DNA from: Patescibacteria group bacterium
GTDB taxonomy: Bacteria; Patescibacteriota; Patescibacteriia; UBA2591; UBA4787
Length of the DNA: 64,000 nucleotides
NCBI GenBank assembly: GCA_028715115.1
Contig: JAQUSN010000001.1
Coordinates: forward strand, 385,746-449,745
Reading direction: 5' to 3'
Shown here: positions 47,822-57,658 of the stretch, one piece after another
Position numbering within the stretch: position 1 is the stretch's first letter
How the letters are laid out: each line of letters begins with the position of its first letter
Position numbers and translations under genes: made by a program
The notes under the pieces: model-generated
Told to the model about the DNA's origin: nothing
The model's input: the letters and a program-made list of their open reading frames with translations, nothing else
The model's database searches: none

Positions 47822-48865
47822 ATGGGTTACATTTTTGGCAAGAAAAACATATTAATTACTGGCGGAGCCGGTTTTTTAGGCTCTCATCTTTGCGAAGAAT
47901 TAGTAAAAGACAATAATGTGATTTGTCTTGATAATTTGATGGGTGGTGGGGGAGACATAAAAAATATAGAGTATTTACTGCAAAAGCAGAATTTTAAATT
48001 TATAAAACAGGATATTAATCAAGCGTTTGATTTAGAAAATTTTCCCGAAGCCCAAGATTTTAAAATATCAATTCAAGGAATTCAAGAAATTTATCATTTG
48101 GCCTGCCCGACTACGGCAAAAAATTTCATGCAAACGAGAATGGAAACCCTTTGGGCTAATTCGGTCGGCATGATTAATATTTTAGAAATTGCTAAAAAAT
48201 ATAAAGCCAAAATTCTTACAGGATCTTCTTCAGTAATTTATGGTCCTAGAAAAAACGACAGTCTTTATTTTAAAGAATCTGACCCTGGTTCGGTTAATTC
48301 GGTCGACCCGAGAGCTTGTTACGATGAAGGCAAGCGTTTTGCCGAAACGTGCTCCGTTACTTATCGCGAAGTAGACGGGGTTGATACCAAGATTGCTCGA
48401 ATTTTCAGAACCTATGGCCCCCGATTGGCCTTATTTGACGGTCAAATGATTTCTGATTTTATTTTACAGGCTCTTAACAACAAACCCTTAATAGTTTATG
48501 GCGATCAAAATTTTTCCACTTCGCTTTGCTATATTGACGACATTGTCCAGGGGCTGATCATGATGATGAACTCAAAAGAAGCCGGTCCGATTAATTTTGG
48601 CCAGAGAGAGGAATATAAATTAGCTGATGTAGCCAAAAAAATCATTGAACTAACAGGCTCGCAATCAAAAATAATTTTTAAAGACCCTTTGCCTTTTATG
48701 CGGCCATTGGGATTGCCAGACATTAGTTTGGCCAAAGAAAAATTAAACTGGTTCCCGGTGGTGGGCCTTGATGATGGTTTGGCTAAAACTATTGAATACG
48801 TTAAAGCTAATCGGATGCTTTTACAACCATTGGTTGAGCGTTATGATCAAGATTTAAATAATTAA
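47822..48865 (+). CDS. UDP-glucuronate decarboxylase / UDP-xylose synthase-like SDR
   Basis: ITGGAGFLGSHL and CYDEGKRFAETC (YxxxK). Confidence 0.8.
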   Translation: MGYIFGKKNILITGGAGFLGSHLCEELVKDNNVICLDNLMGGGGDIKNIEYLLQKQNFKFIKQDINQAFDLENFPEAQDFKISIQGIQEIYHLACPTTAKNFMQTRMETLWANSVGMINILEIAKKYKAKILTGSSSVIYGPRKNDSLYFKESDPGSVNSVDPRACYDEGKRFAETCSVTYREVDGVDTKIARIFRTYGPRLALFDGQMISDFILQALNNKPLIVYGDQNFSTSLCYIDDIVQGLIMMMNSKEAGPINFGQREEYKLADVAKKIIELTGSQSKIIFKDPLPFMRPLGLPDISLAKEKLNWFPVVGLDDGLAKTIEYVKANRMLLQPLVERYDQDLNN

Positions 48866-48874
48866 TTTTTTAAA

Positions 48875-49210
48875 ATGCTTTTTGTTCAATTCCTCATTGA
48901 TTTAGTCATTATATTTTTTGTTGTCAATTTATTCTTAAAATTAAGGCAAAATAAAATAAATTTTGGCTCTTTTATTTTTTGGCTAATTTTATGGGTTGCG
49001 GCCGCTATTCTTGTTAATTGGCCGGAGTCTTCTAGTTTTGTGGCCAGAATTTTGGGCGTTGGTCGCGGAGTAGATGTGGTTATTTATTTTTCGATTATTT
49101 TGCTTTTCTATTTTATTTTTTATTTAACCATTAAATTACGTCGGACCGAAAAAGAAATCACTGATTTGGTGCGAAAAATTTCTTTTTTAGAAGACAAGGC
49201 GACAAAATAA
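48875..49210 (+). CDS. Small hypothetical membrane protein
   Basis: Three hydrophobic helices; no motif. Confidence 0.4.
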   Translation: MLFVQFLIDLVIIFFVVNLFLKLRQNKINFGSFIFWLILWVAAAILVNWPESSSFVARILGVGRGVDVVIYFSIILLFYFIFYLTIKLRRTEKEITDLVRKISFLEDKATK

Positions 49211-49215
49211 AAATT

Positions 49216-49785
49216 ATGCAAAAATTTCGTTTTCCGGGCTGGGTGTCTTTTTTGTGGGATGTGGTCAAGCTAGTAATCATCGCCTTTATTATTGTTTGGC
49301 CGATTCATAAATTCGTTTTTCAGCCCTTTTTAGTTCAAGGACCGTCGATGGAGCCTAATTTTTACGATCGAGAATATTTAATCGTGGAAGAGGTAAGTCA
49401 TCATTTTGTTGATCCTCAGCGCGGCGAAGTAGTGGTTTTGAGGTCGCCATACAATAGCAGGGAATATTTAATTAAAAGAATCATTGCTTTGCCTGGCGAA
49501 CGGATAGTAATCAAAGAAGGAAATATTTGGATTTATAATGGAAAAAATCCGCAAGGAGTTAAAGTGGAAGAAAATTATCTGCCGGCAGGGCTAAATACGG
49601 GCGGCGAGGTTGACCAGATGTTGGCCGTGGATCAGTATTATGTTTTGGGCGATAATAGATCGGTTAGTTTAGACTCTAGATCGTTTGGGCCGGTTCAGAG
49701 AGGAATGGTTATCGGTCGGGTTTGGTTAAGGGGTTGGCCGTTAAATCGTTTAGCTAACTTCCGTTTACCCACTTATCAATTTTAA
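49216..49785 (+). CDS. lepB: Signal peptidase I
   Basis: GPSMEPN (catalytic Ser), IKRIIALPGE (Lys), GDNRSVSLDSR. Confidence 0.9.
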   Translation: MQKFRFPGWVSFLWDVVKLVIIAFIIVWPIHKFVFQPFLVQGPSMEPNFYDREYLIVEEVSHHFVDPQRGEVVVLRSPYNSREYLIKRIIALPGERIVIKEGNIWIYNGKNPQGVKVEENYLPAGLNTGGEVDQMLAVDQYYVLGDNRSVSLDSRSFGPVQRGMVIGRVWLRGWPLNRLANFRLPTYQF

Positions 49786-49805
49786 TATAATTAAACTCAA
49801 TCGTT

Positions 49806-51206
49806 ATGGCTAAAAAAAATAAAAAAAGAGGCAGACCGACTGGATCGCGCCATAGAGCAAAAAAATATATCCCTCATTTATTAAAAGGAGTTAAAGATAT
49901 TTTGCCGCAAGAACAACGTTATTATGATTTTATCATCGGCAAGACCGAAGAGTTGGCTCGGGCCTATGGTTTTGACAAAATAACGATCCCAATTTTAGAA
50001 GAGTCTGATTTATTTAAGCGTCGCGTTGGTTTAACTAAAGATATTTTTCAAAAAGAAATTTTTTCTTTCGAAGATTTAGGTGGGCATAAAATTAGCTTAA
50101 GGCCGGAAGGGACCGCTGGCGTAGCCAGAGCCTATATCCAGCACGGTTTATCAGCGTCGCTTCAGCCGGTTAAGCTATTTTATCACGGGCCAATGTTTCG
50201 TTATGAGCGCTTAGAAATGGGCAAACAAAAAGAATTTTATCAATTTGGCCTGGAGATCATTGGTTCTAATAAGCCCGTTACCGATGCTCAATTGATTTTA
50301 TTCGTTAACGCGCTATTGCAGGGCTTGGGCATTAAATTTACTATTCAAATAAATAATCTTGGTTGCCGCGAATGCCGTAAAATTTATTTTAAAAAACTAA
50401 CGGACTTTATCCGACAAAAAGGCAGAATATTTTGCCGCGAATGCCGCGTTAAAATAAAAAGGAATCCACTTAAAATTTTTGAATGCCACGGCAAAGAATG
50501 CCATGATACCTTAATGCAAGCCCCGCACATAGTCGATTATTTGTGCGAAGAATGCCGTTCTCAATTTGTCAGGACCTTAGAATTTCTAGATGAAGCCAGG
50601 GTGGTTTATAATTTAAATCCATTCGTAGTAAAAGGAGCCGGGTTTAATGATCGCACGGTTTTCGAATTTTGGCCGATTAAAACAGAACAACCTAAGCCGG
50701 TCGTGGCTAACAGTACGATTAGTCCTGAAATAACACAAAAAATACAACCGCAACCGGAAGAGGTGATTGATAGTCGTTTAGCCATAGCAGCTGGTGGTCG
50801 CTATGATCAATTACTTCACGATTTGGGGGGTGCGATTGCGCCCGCCTGTGGGTTGTCGATAGGTATTGATCGTTTGGTCGATGAAGCCAAAAAACAGCAA
50901 ATAAAAACAGCTAGAGTTAAGCCGATTCAAGTTTTTGTCGCCCAGGTCAGCGATTTGGCTCGGCAAAATGCTTTAAGAATTTTCGAATTAATCAGAAAAG
51001 AAGGATATAGAGTAGGGGAGAATTTAGCCCAAGATAGCCTACGAACTCAATTAGATATAGCCAATAAATTAGGAGCTAAGTATACGTTAGTCTTTGGCCA
51101 GCAAGAGGTTATTCACAAAACGGTTATTATTCGCGATATGGTTAGTGGCTCTCAAGAAACCATAGATCAAGAAAAAATTGTTAGGGAATTGAGGAAAAGA
51201 CTATAG
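49806..51206 (+). CDS. hisS: Histidyl-tRNA synthetase with a Cys-rich (CxxC x4) insertion
   Basis: Class-II motifs: LRPEGTAGVARAY, GPMFRYER and AAGGRYDQL; insertion CRECRK...CRECR...CHGKECH...CEECR. Confidence 0.85.
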   Translation: MAKKNKKRGRPTGSRHRAKKYIPHLLKGVKDILPQEQRYYDFIIGKTEELARAYGFDKITIPILEESDLFKRRVGLTKDIFQKEIFSFEDLGGHKISLRPEGTAGVARAYIQHGLSASLQPVKLFYHGPMFRYERLEMGKQKEFYQFGLEIIGSNKPVTDAQLILFVNALLQGLGIKFTIQINNLGCRECRKIYFKKLTDFIRQKGRIFCRECRVKIKRNPLKIFECHGKECHDTLMQAPHIVDYLCEECRSQFVRTLEFLDEARVVYNLNPFVVKGAGFNDRTVFEFWPIKTEQPKPVVANSTISPEITQKIQPQPEEVIDSRLAIAAGGRYDQLLHDLGGAIAPACGLSIGIDRLVDEAKKQQIKTARVKPIQVFVAQVSDLARQNALRIFELIRKEGYRVGENLAQDSLRTQLDIANKLGAKYTLVFGQQEVIHKTVIIRDMVSGSQETIDQEKIVRELRKRL

Positions 51207-51229
51207 ATTAATGCTCATTTTAATTAATT

Positions 51230-51267
51230 AAACAGAGAGACTTATTTTTCTCTCTGTTTAATTTTTG
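51230..51267 (+). terminator. Rho-independent terminator after hisS
   Basis: AAACAGAGAGA-CTTATTTTT-CTCTCTGTTT plus AATTTTTG. Confidence 0.5.
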
Positions 51268-51371
51268 CCCTTGTTTTTTAAACAAAAACTGCTAAAATAT
51301 TTGCTATCATTCCTCTTAAAATAGAGAGGTTTACTTGTCGCTGATTAGTCTAATGGGGCTGTAGGCAGAAC

Positions 51372-51456
51372 GGAAGGGTCGCATAGTGGTCGAGTGCGTT
51401 CGCTTGGAAAGCGAATATACCGCAAGGTATCGCGGGTTCGAATCCCGCCCCTTCCG
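51372..51456 (+). tRNA. tRNA-Ser (anticodon GGA), class II with 16-nt variable arm
   Basis: GGAAGGG-TC-GCA-TAGTGGTCGAG-TGC-G-TTCGC-TTGGAAA-GCGAA-TATACCGCAAGGTATC-GCGGG-TTCGAAT-CCCGC-CCCTTCC-G. It is flanked by perfect 11-nt inverted repeats GTAGGCAGAAC / GTTCTGCCTAC. Confidence 0.85.
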
Positions 51457-51596
51457 TTCTGCCTACAAAATATATACCGCAAGGTATCGTGGGGGTGGTT
51501 TTCGCCTACTGGCGGAAATTCCTGCTTGCCCTGCCTACCGTCAGACAGACGGCGAGCCACTTTCTATATTTTTGGGACAGATAAATCAAGAATAAT

Positions 51597-52085
51597 ATGG
51601 GCAAACTACGCGACGTTACTTTGGTTTTTTTAGTCAAGAAATCGGGAGATAAAATTACTGAGATTTGTTTGGCGATGAAAAAGCGCGGTTTTGGCGTTAA
51701 TCGTTGGAATGGGGTAGGAGGAAAATTATTAGCCGATGAAAGCATTGAAATGGCTGCCAAAAGAGAAGCCCAGGAAGAAATAGGCGTTGATTTGAAAAAA
51801 ATAAATAAAATCGCAGAAATAGATTTTTATTTTCCCCATCAAACCGACTGGAATCAAACGGTTAATGCTTTTTTTTGCGAAGAGTGGGAGGGAGAGCCAA
51901 TTGAAACAGAAGAAATGAGGCCAAGGTGGTTTAATCCAAGTGAGTTGCCCTACGAATCAATGTGGTCAGATGATAAATTCTGGGTGCCTCATATTTTAGA
52001 GGGTAAATTGCTAAAAGCCAGTTTCGTTTTTAAAGAACACGATTTAGTCGATAGTCATAATTTGGAATTTGTTAATAAATTTTAA
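51597..52085 (+). CDS. Nudix hydrolase (MutT-like)
   Basis: Nudix box GGKLLADESIEMAAKREAQEEIGV. Confidence 0.8.
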   Translation: MGKLRDVTLVFLVKKSGDKITEICLAMKKRGFGVNRWNGVGGKLLADESIEMAAKREAQEEIGVDLKKINKIAEIDFYFPHQTDWNQTVNAFFCEEWEGEPIETEEMRPRWFNPSELPYESMWSDDKFWVPHILEGKLLKASFVFKEHDLVDSHNLEFVNKF

Positions 52086-52096
52086 AATAAAATTTT

Positions 52097-52621
52097 ATGG
52101 CCAAGGCAACGAAATCATTTAAACGCAAAAATTATATTTCTTGGGATGAATACTTTATGGGTATCGCTATTTTGTCGGCAATGAGGAGCAAGGATCCCAA
52201 TACGCAAACCGGTGCCTGTATTGTTGATAAACAAAATAAAATTATCGGCATTGGTTACAATGGTTTTCCAACCGGATGTTCGGACAATGATTTTCCTTGG
52301 ACAAACAAGGGCAATGATCCCGTGAAGACTAAATATTTTTATGTATGTCATGCTGAGCTAAATGCGATCTTAAATAGTCATGGTCGCGACTTAAATGATT
52401 GTCGGATTTATACTTTTTTAATTCCCTGTAATGAATGCGCTAAAGCCATTATCCAGTCTGGAATTAGAGAAATAATTTATCTATCAGATTCAGCTGCTAT
52501 GTATGGAAGAAATAAAAACACGCCAACGATTGTAGCCGCCTTAAAAATGTTTAAAAGCGCTGGAGTAAAAATGAGATTAATGAAATCGAGCCAAAGTTTA
52601 ATTATAAATTTTAAAAAATAG
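52097..52621 (+). CDS. dCMP deaminase (ComEB-type cytidine/deoxycytidylate deaminase)
   Basis: HAELNAI and PCNECAKAI zinc motifs. Confidence 0.85.
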   Translation: MAKATKSFKRKNYISWDEYFMGIAILSAMRSKDPNTQTGACIVDKQNKIIGIGYNGFPTGCSDNDFPWTNKGNDPVKTKYFYVCHAELNAILNSHGRDLNDCRIYTFLIPCNECAKAIIQSGIREIIYLSDSAAMYGRNKNTPTIVAALKMFKSAGVKMRLMKSSQSLIINFKK

Positions 52622-52642
52622 ATCTGTGTTAATATAGTTTCT

Positions 52643-53602
52643 ATGATTTTGAATGTTGTTCTGCTGGTTTTTAGTTTTATCTTATTAGTAAAAGGAGCAG
52701 ATTTTTTGGTTAGCGGTGCATCTTCTTTGGCAAAAAAACTTGGCGTCTCTACTTTGGTTATCGGTTTAACTATCGTGGCCCTTGGCACTTCAGCTCCAGA
52801 ATTATTGGTTAATATTTTCGCCAGTATCAGAGGCGTCAACGACATTGCTTTTGGCAATATTATCGGCAGCAATATTTTAAATCTATTTCTTATTTTAGGA
52901 CTTTCGGCTGCTATTTTTCCGCTCGCAGTCAATCGGGGCACGACTTGGAAAGAGGTACCGTTGGCATTATTGGCTACTTTGGTTTTGGGATTATTAGTCA
53001 ACGATCAACTGATTGATAAAAATCAAATTTCAATTTTAAGTAGAATTGATAGTTTAATTCTGCTTTGTTTTTTTATAATTTTCATTTATTACACCTTAGC
53101 TATCTCTAAAAATAAAAGCGTCAATGAAGCCAAAGAAGTTAAAACTTATAATTCCTGGCCTTCGGTCTTGATGGTTTTGGGCGGATTAGTAATGCTGGTT
53201 GTTGGCGGTAATTTAGCGGTTCATAGCGGCACAGCTATCGCCAGGGCGCTCGGGGCAAGCGAGGCCCTGATCGGTTTAACTATTTTAGCCGTAGGCACAT
53301 CGCTGCCCGAATTGTGCACCTCGGTCGTGGCTGCTTATAAAAAAAATTCTGATATAGCAGTAGGGAATATTATTGGTTCTAATGTTCTCAATATTTTATT
53401 TATTTTAGGTTTGAGTGGGCTAATTCATCCGATTGGTTTTTCTCCAATCCTTAATACTGATTTATTAATTTTAATTACAGGCACCATTTTATTATTAATC
53501 TTCTTACTGTTGGGCAAAAGGCATATTTTAGAGCGATGGCAGGGAATGGTCTTTGTGGCGTTTTACGTTGTTTACGCATTTTTTATAATTCATCGCGGTT
53601 AA
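52643..53602 (+). CDS. CaCA-family Na+/Ca2+ exchanger (YrbG-like)
   Basis: Duplicated alpha-repeats GTSAPELLVN and GTSLPELCTSV. Confidence 0.85.
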   Translation: MILNVVLLVFSFILLVKGADFLVSGASSLAKKLGVSTLVIGLTIVALGTSAPELLVNIFASIRGVNDIAFGNIIGSNILNLFLILGLSAAIFPLAVNRGTTWKEVPLALLATLVLGLLVNDQLIDKNQISILSRIDSLILLCFFIIFIYYTLAISKNKSVNEAKEVKTYNSWPSVLMVLGGLVMLVVGGNLAVHSGTAIARALGASEALIGLTILAVGTSLPELCTSVVAAYKKNSDIAVGNIIGSNVLNILFILGLSGLIHPIGFSPILNTDLLILITGTILLLIFLLLGKRHILERWQGMVFVAFYVVYAFFIIHRG

Positions 53603-53609
53603 GTTAAAC

Positions 53610-53972
53610 ATGAATTCTTTGATTTTTAAAATTTTTATCATTTGGCTGATTTTTATGGGCGAGGCCTTTTCGATTTATGCGGAAATTATTGGCGCGAAAA
53701 ATTTTTCGCAGCCGGGAGCCAGATTATTTACGCCAGTTTTTTGGCGATTATTAATTTTGATTATCGTCGCCGGTTCATGCTTAATGATCGGCTATATGTT
53801 TGGTTTCCGCACTTTTAAAAATATCTGGATAGTCAGCGTCATATCTTTAACGGCGATTTTAATTGTTGAACCATTTTTGGATTATACGGTTTTTAGACAA
53901 TTGCCCGGTCGCGGGCAAATTATCGGTTTTGTTTGCGGCCTGGCTGGTTTTATCGCCGTGCTAATTTTTTAA
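53610..53972 (+). CDS. Small hypothetical membrane protein
   Basis: Four hydrophobic segments; no motif. Confidence 0.4.
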   Translation: MNSLIFKIFIIWLIFMGEAFSIYAEIIGAKNFSQPGARLFTPVFWRLLILIIVAGSCLMIGYMFGFRTFKNIWIVSVISLTAILIVEPFLDYTVFRQLPGRGQIIGFVCGLAGFIAVLIF

Positions 53973-53976
53973 TGCT

Positions 53977-54198
53977 ATGCCCAGTAACAAAACTTCACCA
54001 GCCCGCCAGGGCGGTCTGAGAGTTGCTTTGTTCTTGGGTTTATCTCAAAAAATAAAATAGGTGCATTTTAAAAGAACTATTAGTCTTAAAGATGCCAACT
54101 AATTAATTAGAATCTCGTTTCTTTTCAACTAATTTACTTTTATTCATTTTGATGCTTATTAATTTGGCATCTTTATGAAGTTATTGTTACTGGGTATG
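53977..54198. mobile_element. MITE-like element copy 2 (about 222 nt), ending in the dnaG ATG
   Basis: Same TIRs as copy 1 (TATGCCCAGTAACAAAACTTCACCAGCCCGCCAGGGCGGTCTGAGAGTT ... TTGGCATCTTTATGAAGTTATTGTTACTGGGTATG); the central part has diverged from copy 1. Confidence 0.5.
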
Positions 54199-56016
54199 CA
54201 AAACCAAATAGAAGAAATTAAAAGTCGGCTGGACATCATTGATGTTATTTCTGAATATGTCCAATTACGGCAATCAGGAGTAAATTACCGAGCGCTTTGC
54301 CCGTTTCATACCGAAAAGGCGCCGTCATTTTTTGTATCGCCGGAACGACAGATTTGGCATTGTTTCGGTTCGTGTAATGAGGGCGGCGACATTTTTGAAT
54401 TTATCATGAAAATAGAAAACGTTGATTTTCCCGAGGCGCTTCGGATTTTGGCGAAGAAAGCCGGTGTGCAATTAACCAAAGAAGATTACCGCGTCACTAG
54501 CCAGAAGACCAAATTAATGGATATTATGCGCGTGGCAGCTCAGTTTTATCATTTAGTTTTGCAAAAATCATCTTTGGCGGAAAAGGTAAGAGAATATCTC
54601 GATGGTCGCGGTGTTAAACAAGAAACCATCAAAGACTTTCAGCTCGGTTTTGCGCCAGACCGTTGGGATGAGTTAGTTGGTTTTTTAAACAAAAAGGGCG
54701 TCAAAATGATTGAAGCGGAAGCGGCCGGGTTAGTTATGCGTTCTAACAAGCCGCTTAATAATAAACAAAATTATTATGATCGTTTTCGCAACCGCATTAT
54801 GTTTCCGATAAACGATCTATACGGAAATCCGGTCGGCTTTACTTCTCGTATCGTACCCTGGGCCGAGACCACGGAAACGGCAAAATACGTTAATACTCCG
54901 GAAACACCGATTTATAATAAGAGTCGCGTCATTTATGCTTTTGATAAGGCCAAGGCGGCAATAAAAAAAGAAGATGCGGTGATTATGGTCGAGGGGAATA
55001 TGGATGTCATCGCTTGCCATCAGGCTGGTTCGAAAAATGTCGTAGCTTCTTCTGGCACGGCCTTAACTGCCGACCAAGTGAAATTATTAAAACGCTATAC
55101 TAATAATTTGCTTTTGTCTTTCGATGTCGATCTGGCCGGCGAGAACGCTACGCAGCGGGGGATAGATGTGGCTATGAAAGCCGAGATGAACATCAAGGTT
55201 ATCCGCGTGCCCGAAGGTAAAGATCCCGATGAGTGCCTAAAAGAAAATCCGGACAAATGGTTTGAGGCCATTAAAAACGCCAAATCAATCATGGATTATT
55301 ATTTAGATTTGGCCTTAAAAGGCAGAGATATAAATAAAGTAGAAGACAAAAAAACAATAACTAGAATTTTATTACCGGTAGTGGCCAAGTTCGGCGATCC
55401 AGTGGAGCAGAGCTATTGGCTTAAATTTATCGCCAATAAAATTGACGTGCCGGAATATTCGCTACGTGATAAAATAAAAAACATAAAACCGACGAAAGAC
55501 TATCAACCCAAGGAAGAAAAAATCGTTAATAGGGTTTCAAAAGAGCAGATGACCGCGGAAATATTCATGGGTTTGCTTTTAAAATATCCGGATTTACTTA
55601 TGGATTATTTTCTTCTGCTTAAGCTCGAGGCCTTTGCCGGCAATCGCTTAAAAGGCCTTGCTGAACTCGTTAAAAAGTGCTATAATCTATCTACAAAAAA
55701 TGATTTTCCGGCCTGTTTACGTCAGAAGACCAGTGATCCGGATTTATTGAATTTCATTGATTATCTGGAGCTTTTAGCGGAAAAAGAATACCCACACATT
55801 GTTTTTGATAAAAAAGGATTGACCGAAAAAAACAGAAAAGAGATAAATAGCGAAGCGCAAAAATTATTGCAAATTATTCGCGAAGAATATCTAAGGAAAG
55901 AAAGTGCACGATTGACTACCCAGTTAAAACAAGCCGAAAAAGACAAAGACAACCAAAAAATCAAAGATTTATCTGGCCAGATTTCAAAAATTAATCGGGA
56001 AATACATCAATTATAA
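54196..56016 (+). CDS. dnaG: DNA primase (start corrected to MQNQIEE, which is the terminal ATG of the MITE-like element)
   Basis: Zinc-ribbon [27 protein letters not shown] and DVDLAG. Confidence 0.9.
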   Translation: MQNQIEEIKSRLDIIDVISEYVQLRQSGVNYRALCPFHTEKAPSFFVSPERQIWHCFGSCNEGGDIFEFIMKIENVDFPEALRILAKKAGVQLTKEDYRVTSQKTKLMDIMRVAAQFYHLVLQKSSLAEKVREYLDGRGVKQETIKDFQLGFAPDRWDELVGFLNKKGVKMIEAEAAGLVMRSNKPLNNKQNYYDRFRNRIMFPINDLYGNPVGFTSRIVPWAETTETAKYVNTPETPIYNKSRVIYAFDKAKAAIKKEDAVIMVEGNMDVIACHQAGSKNVVASSGTALTADQVKLLKRYTNNLLLSFDVDLAGENATQRGIDVAMKAEMNIKVIRVPEGKDPDECLKENPDKWFEAIKNAKSIMDYYLDLALKGRDINKVEDKKTITRILLPVVAKFGDPVEQSYWLKFIANKIDVPEYSLRDKIKNIKPTKDYQPKEEKIVNRVSKEQMTAEIFMGLLLKYPDLLMDYFLLLKLEAFAGNRLKGLAELVKKCYNLSTKNDFPACLRQKTSDPDLLNFIDYLELLAEKEYPHIVFDKKGLTEKNRKEINSEAQKLLQIIREEYLRKESARLTTQLKQAEKDKDNQKIKDLSGQISKINREIHQL

Positions 56017-56018
56017 TT

Positions 56019-57218
56019 ATGTCTAAACGTCGATTTAAAAAAGCAAAAAAACAGATTAGGCCAAAACACAAAAAAAGACTTAAAATGGCCAATCATATAA
56101 TAATACATAAGCCTTCGGTAGTTGCGAAGCGTCAGCCTTTAGTTTGGCCGGAGAAAGAAGCCGACCGGCTTATTGCTAAAGGCAGGCAGCTTGGTTTTGT
56201 GACTGAAAACGAAATTTTATATAATTTGCCGAATATTGAAAAATATCTGGAGAAATACGAAGAATTTTTAAATAGACTGGATAAAGCCGGTGTGACCATT
56301 AAGGAATCGCAGGTCGGGCTCCTGGAGCTCAAGCCGAAAGAAAAAAAAGAATCTAAGATGGACGAGATTATGTTTGATTTATCTCACCTGTCAGAAGATT
56401 CGATTCAGATGTATCTTAAAGAAATAGGCAAGGTGCCGCTTCTAACTCCGGAAGAAGAAGTGGAATTATCCAAAAAAAAAGACATGGGCGATAAAGAGTC
56501 GATGCAAAAATTGATTGAAGCGAACCTACGTTTAGTCGTCAGCATTGCCAAAAAATTCATCGGTTACGGATTGTCGTTCTTGGATTTAATTCAGGAGGGC
56601 AATATGGGTTTATTTAGGGCCGTGGAAAAATTTGACTGGAAAAAAGGATATAAATTTTCAACTTATGCCACTTGGTGGATTAAGCAAGCCGTGACCCGTG
56701 CTTTAGCCGATCAGTCGCGTACTATCCGCATTCCGGTGCATATGGTCGAATCAATCAATAAGTTCCAGCAAGCGCGACGTTGGCTGACCCAGCAATTAGG
56801 TCGGGAAGTGACGGCCGAAGAAGTGGCTGCGGAAACCGGCGAGGTAGCGGAAAATATTCGTCATATTATGGAAATTTCGCAGGACATTGTTTCGCTTGAA
56901 ACTACGGTCGGTGGCGACGAAGACAGAGACACGGAGCTGGGCGATTTAATCGAAGATTTAAAGACTATCAGTCCGGAAAGAGTGGCGGCGGTCAAGATTT
57001 TGCGCGACTATATGAAAGAAATTGTCAAAGATTTGCCGAATCGGGAAAAGAGAATTCTTGAGGTCCGTTTTGGTTTGGCCGATGGCGTAACGCATACGCT
57101 CGAAGAAGTGGGCCGCGAATATAATGTCACTCGCGAACGCATTCGCCAAATCGAAGCCAAGGCCATCGAACGCTTACGTGAGATGAAGGGCATTGAAAAA
57201 ATCAAAGATTATTTCTAA
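56019..57218 (+). CDS. rpoD: RNA polymerase sigma factor RpoD
   Basis: Region 2.4 [13 protein letters not shown], region 4.2 [21 protein letters not shown]. Confidence 0.95.
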   Translation: MSKRRFKKAKKQIRPKHKKRLKMANHIIIHKPSVVAKRQPLVWPEKEADRLIAKGRQLGFVTENEILYNLPNIEKYLEKYEEFLNRLDKAGVTIKESQVGLLELKPKEKKESKMDEIMFDLSHLSEDSIQMYLKEIGKVPLLTPEEEVELSKKKDMGDKESMQKLIEANLRLVVSIAKKFIGYGLSFLDLIQEGNMGLFRAVEKFDWKKGYKFSTYATWWIKQAVTRALADQSRTIRIPVHMVESINKFQQARRWLTQQLGREVTAEEVAAETGEVAENIRHIMEISQDIVSLETTVGGDEDRDTELGDLIEDLKTISPERVAAVKILRDYMKEIVKDLPNREKRILEVRFGLADGVTHTLEEVGREYNVTRERIRQIEAKAIERLREMKGIEKIKDYF

Positions 57219-57280
57219 GACCTGGTAAAAATTTTAAAATAGTATATAATAATTCATCGGTAAACTTGCAGCGCTCCGGG

Positions 57281-57322
57281 GTAGCTCTCCGCCAGCTGGC
57301 GGAGGTGGAGCGACTATTTTTT
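57281..57322 (+). pseudogene. Partial duplicate of the tRNA-Asn 5' region (acceptor plus D-stem) with the D-loop replaced by the palindrome TCCGCCAGCTGGCGGA
   Basis: TCCGGGGTAGCTC-TCCGCCAGCTGGCGGA-GGTGGAGCGACT versus the genuine TCCGGGGTAGCTC-AAT-GGTGGAGCGACT at 57584. Confidence 0.5.
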
Positions 57323-57338
57323 AGGTAAGCGTGATCAT

Positions 57339-57593
57339 ATGAGCTATTTTGTTTACGCTATCTATAACAAAGACCACAAAAAGATTTATATCGGTCAAAC
57401 AGATGATATAAAGAATAGATTATTATTACATAACGATCATCTATTTAAGAAAAGTTATACATCTAGATTTGATGGTGATTGGTCCCTTATATATAAGGAG
57501 AAAATAGAAAATAGGCAGGAAGCCTTAATAAGGGAAAAGGAACTAAAAAGTTATCGTGGCAGACAATTTATAAAACAATATATTCCGGGGTAG
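57339..57593 (+). CDS. Stand-alone GIY-YIG nuclease-domain protein (84 aa); its stop codon lies inside the tRNA-Asn acceptor stem
   Basis: YFVYAIYNKDHKKIYIGQTDDIKNRLLLHN (GIY...YIG), R and E of the catalytic core (RQEALIREKE). Confidence 0.75.
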   Translation: MSYFVYAIYNKDHKKIYIGQTDDIKNRLLLHNDHLFKKSYTSRFDGDWSLIYKEKIENRQEALIREKELKSYRGRQFIKQYIPG

Positions 57594-57658
57594 CTCAATG
57601 GTGGAGCGACTGACTGTTAATCAGTAGGTTGTGGGTTCGAGTCCCACCCCCGGAGCCA
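57584..57658 (+). tRNA. tRNA-Asn (anticodon GTT); CCA encoded
   Basis: TCCGGGG-TA-GCTC-AATGGTG-GAGC-G-ACTGA-CTGTTAA-TCAGT-AGGTT-GTGGG-TTCGAGT-CCCAC-CCCCGGA-G-CCA. Confidence 0.9.

Noticed and set aside
51345-51633. Three overlapping 69-79-aa ORFs across the tRNA-Ser region
   Set aside because: They cover a tRNA gene and its duplicated fragments and have no coding signal.
54175-54195. The dnaG start at 54175 (MKLLLLGM) given by the ORF track
   Set aside because: Those codons lie inside the terminal inverted repeat of the MITE-like element, and homology to DnaG begins at the ATG at 54196.
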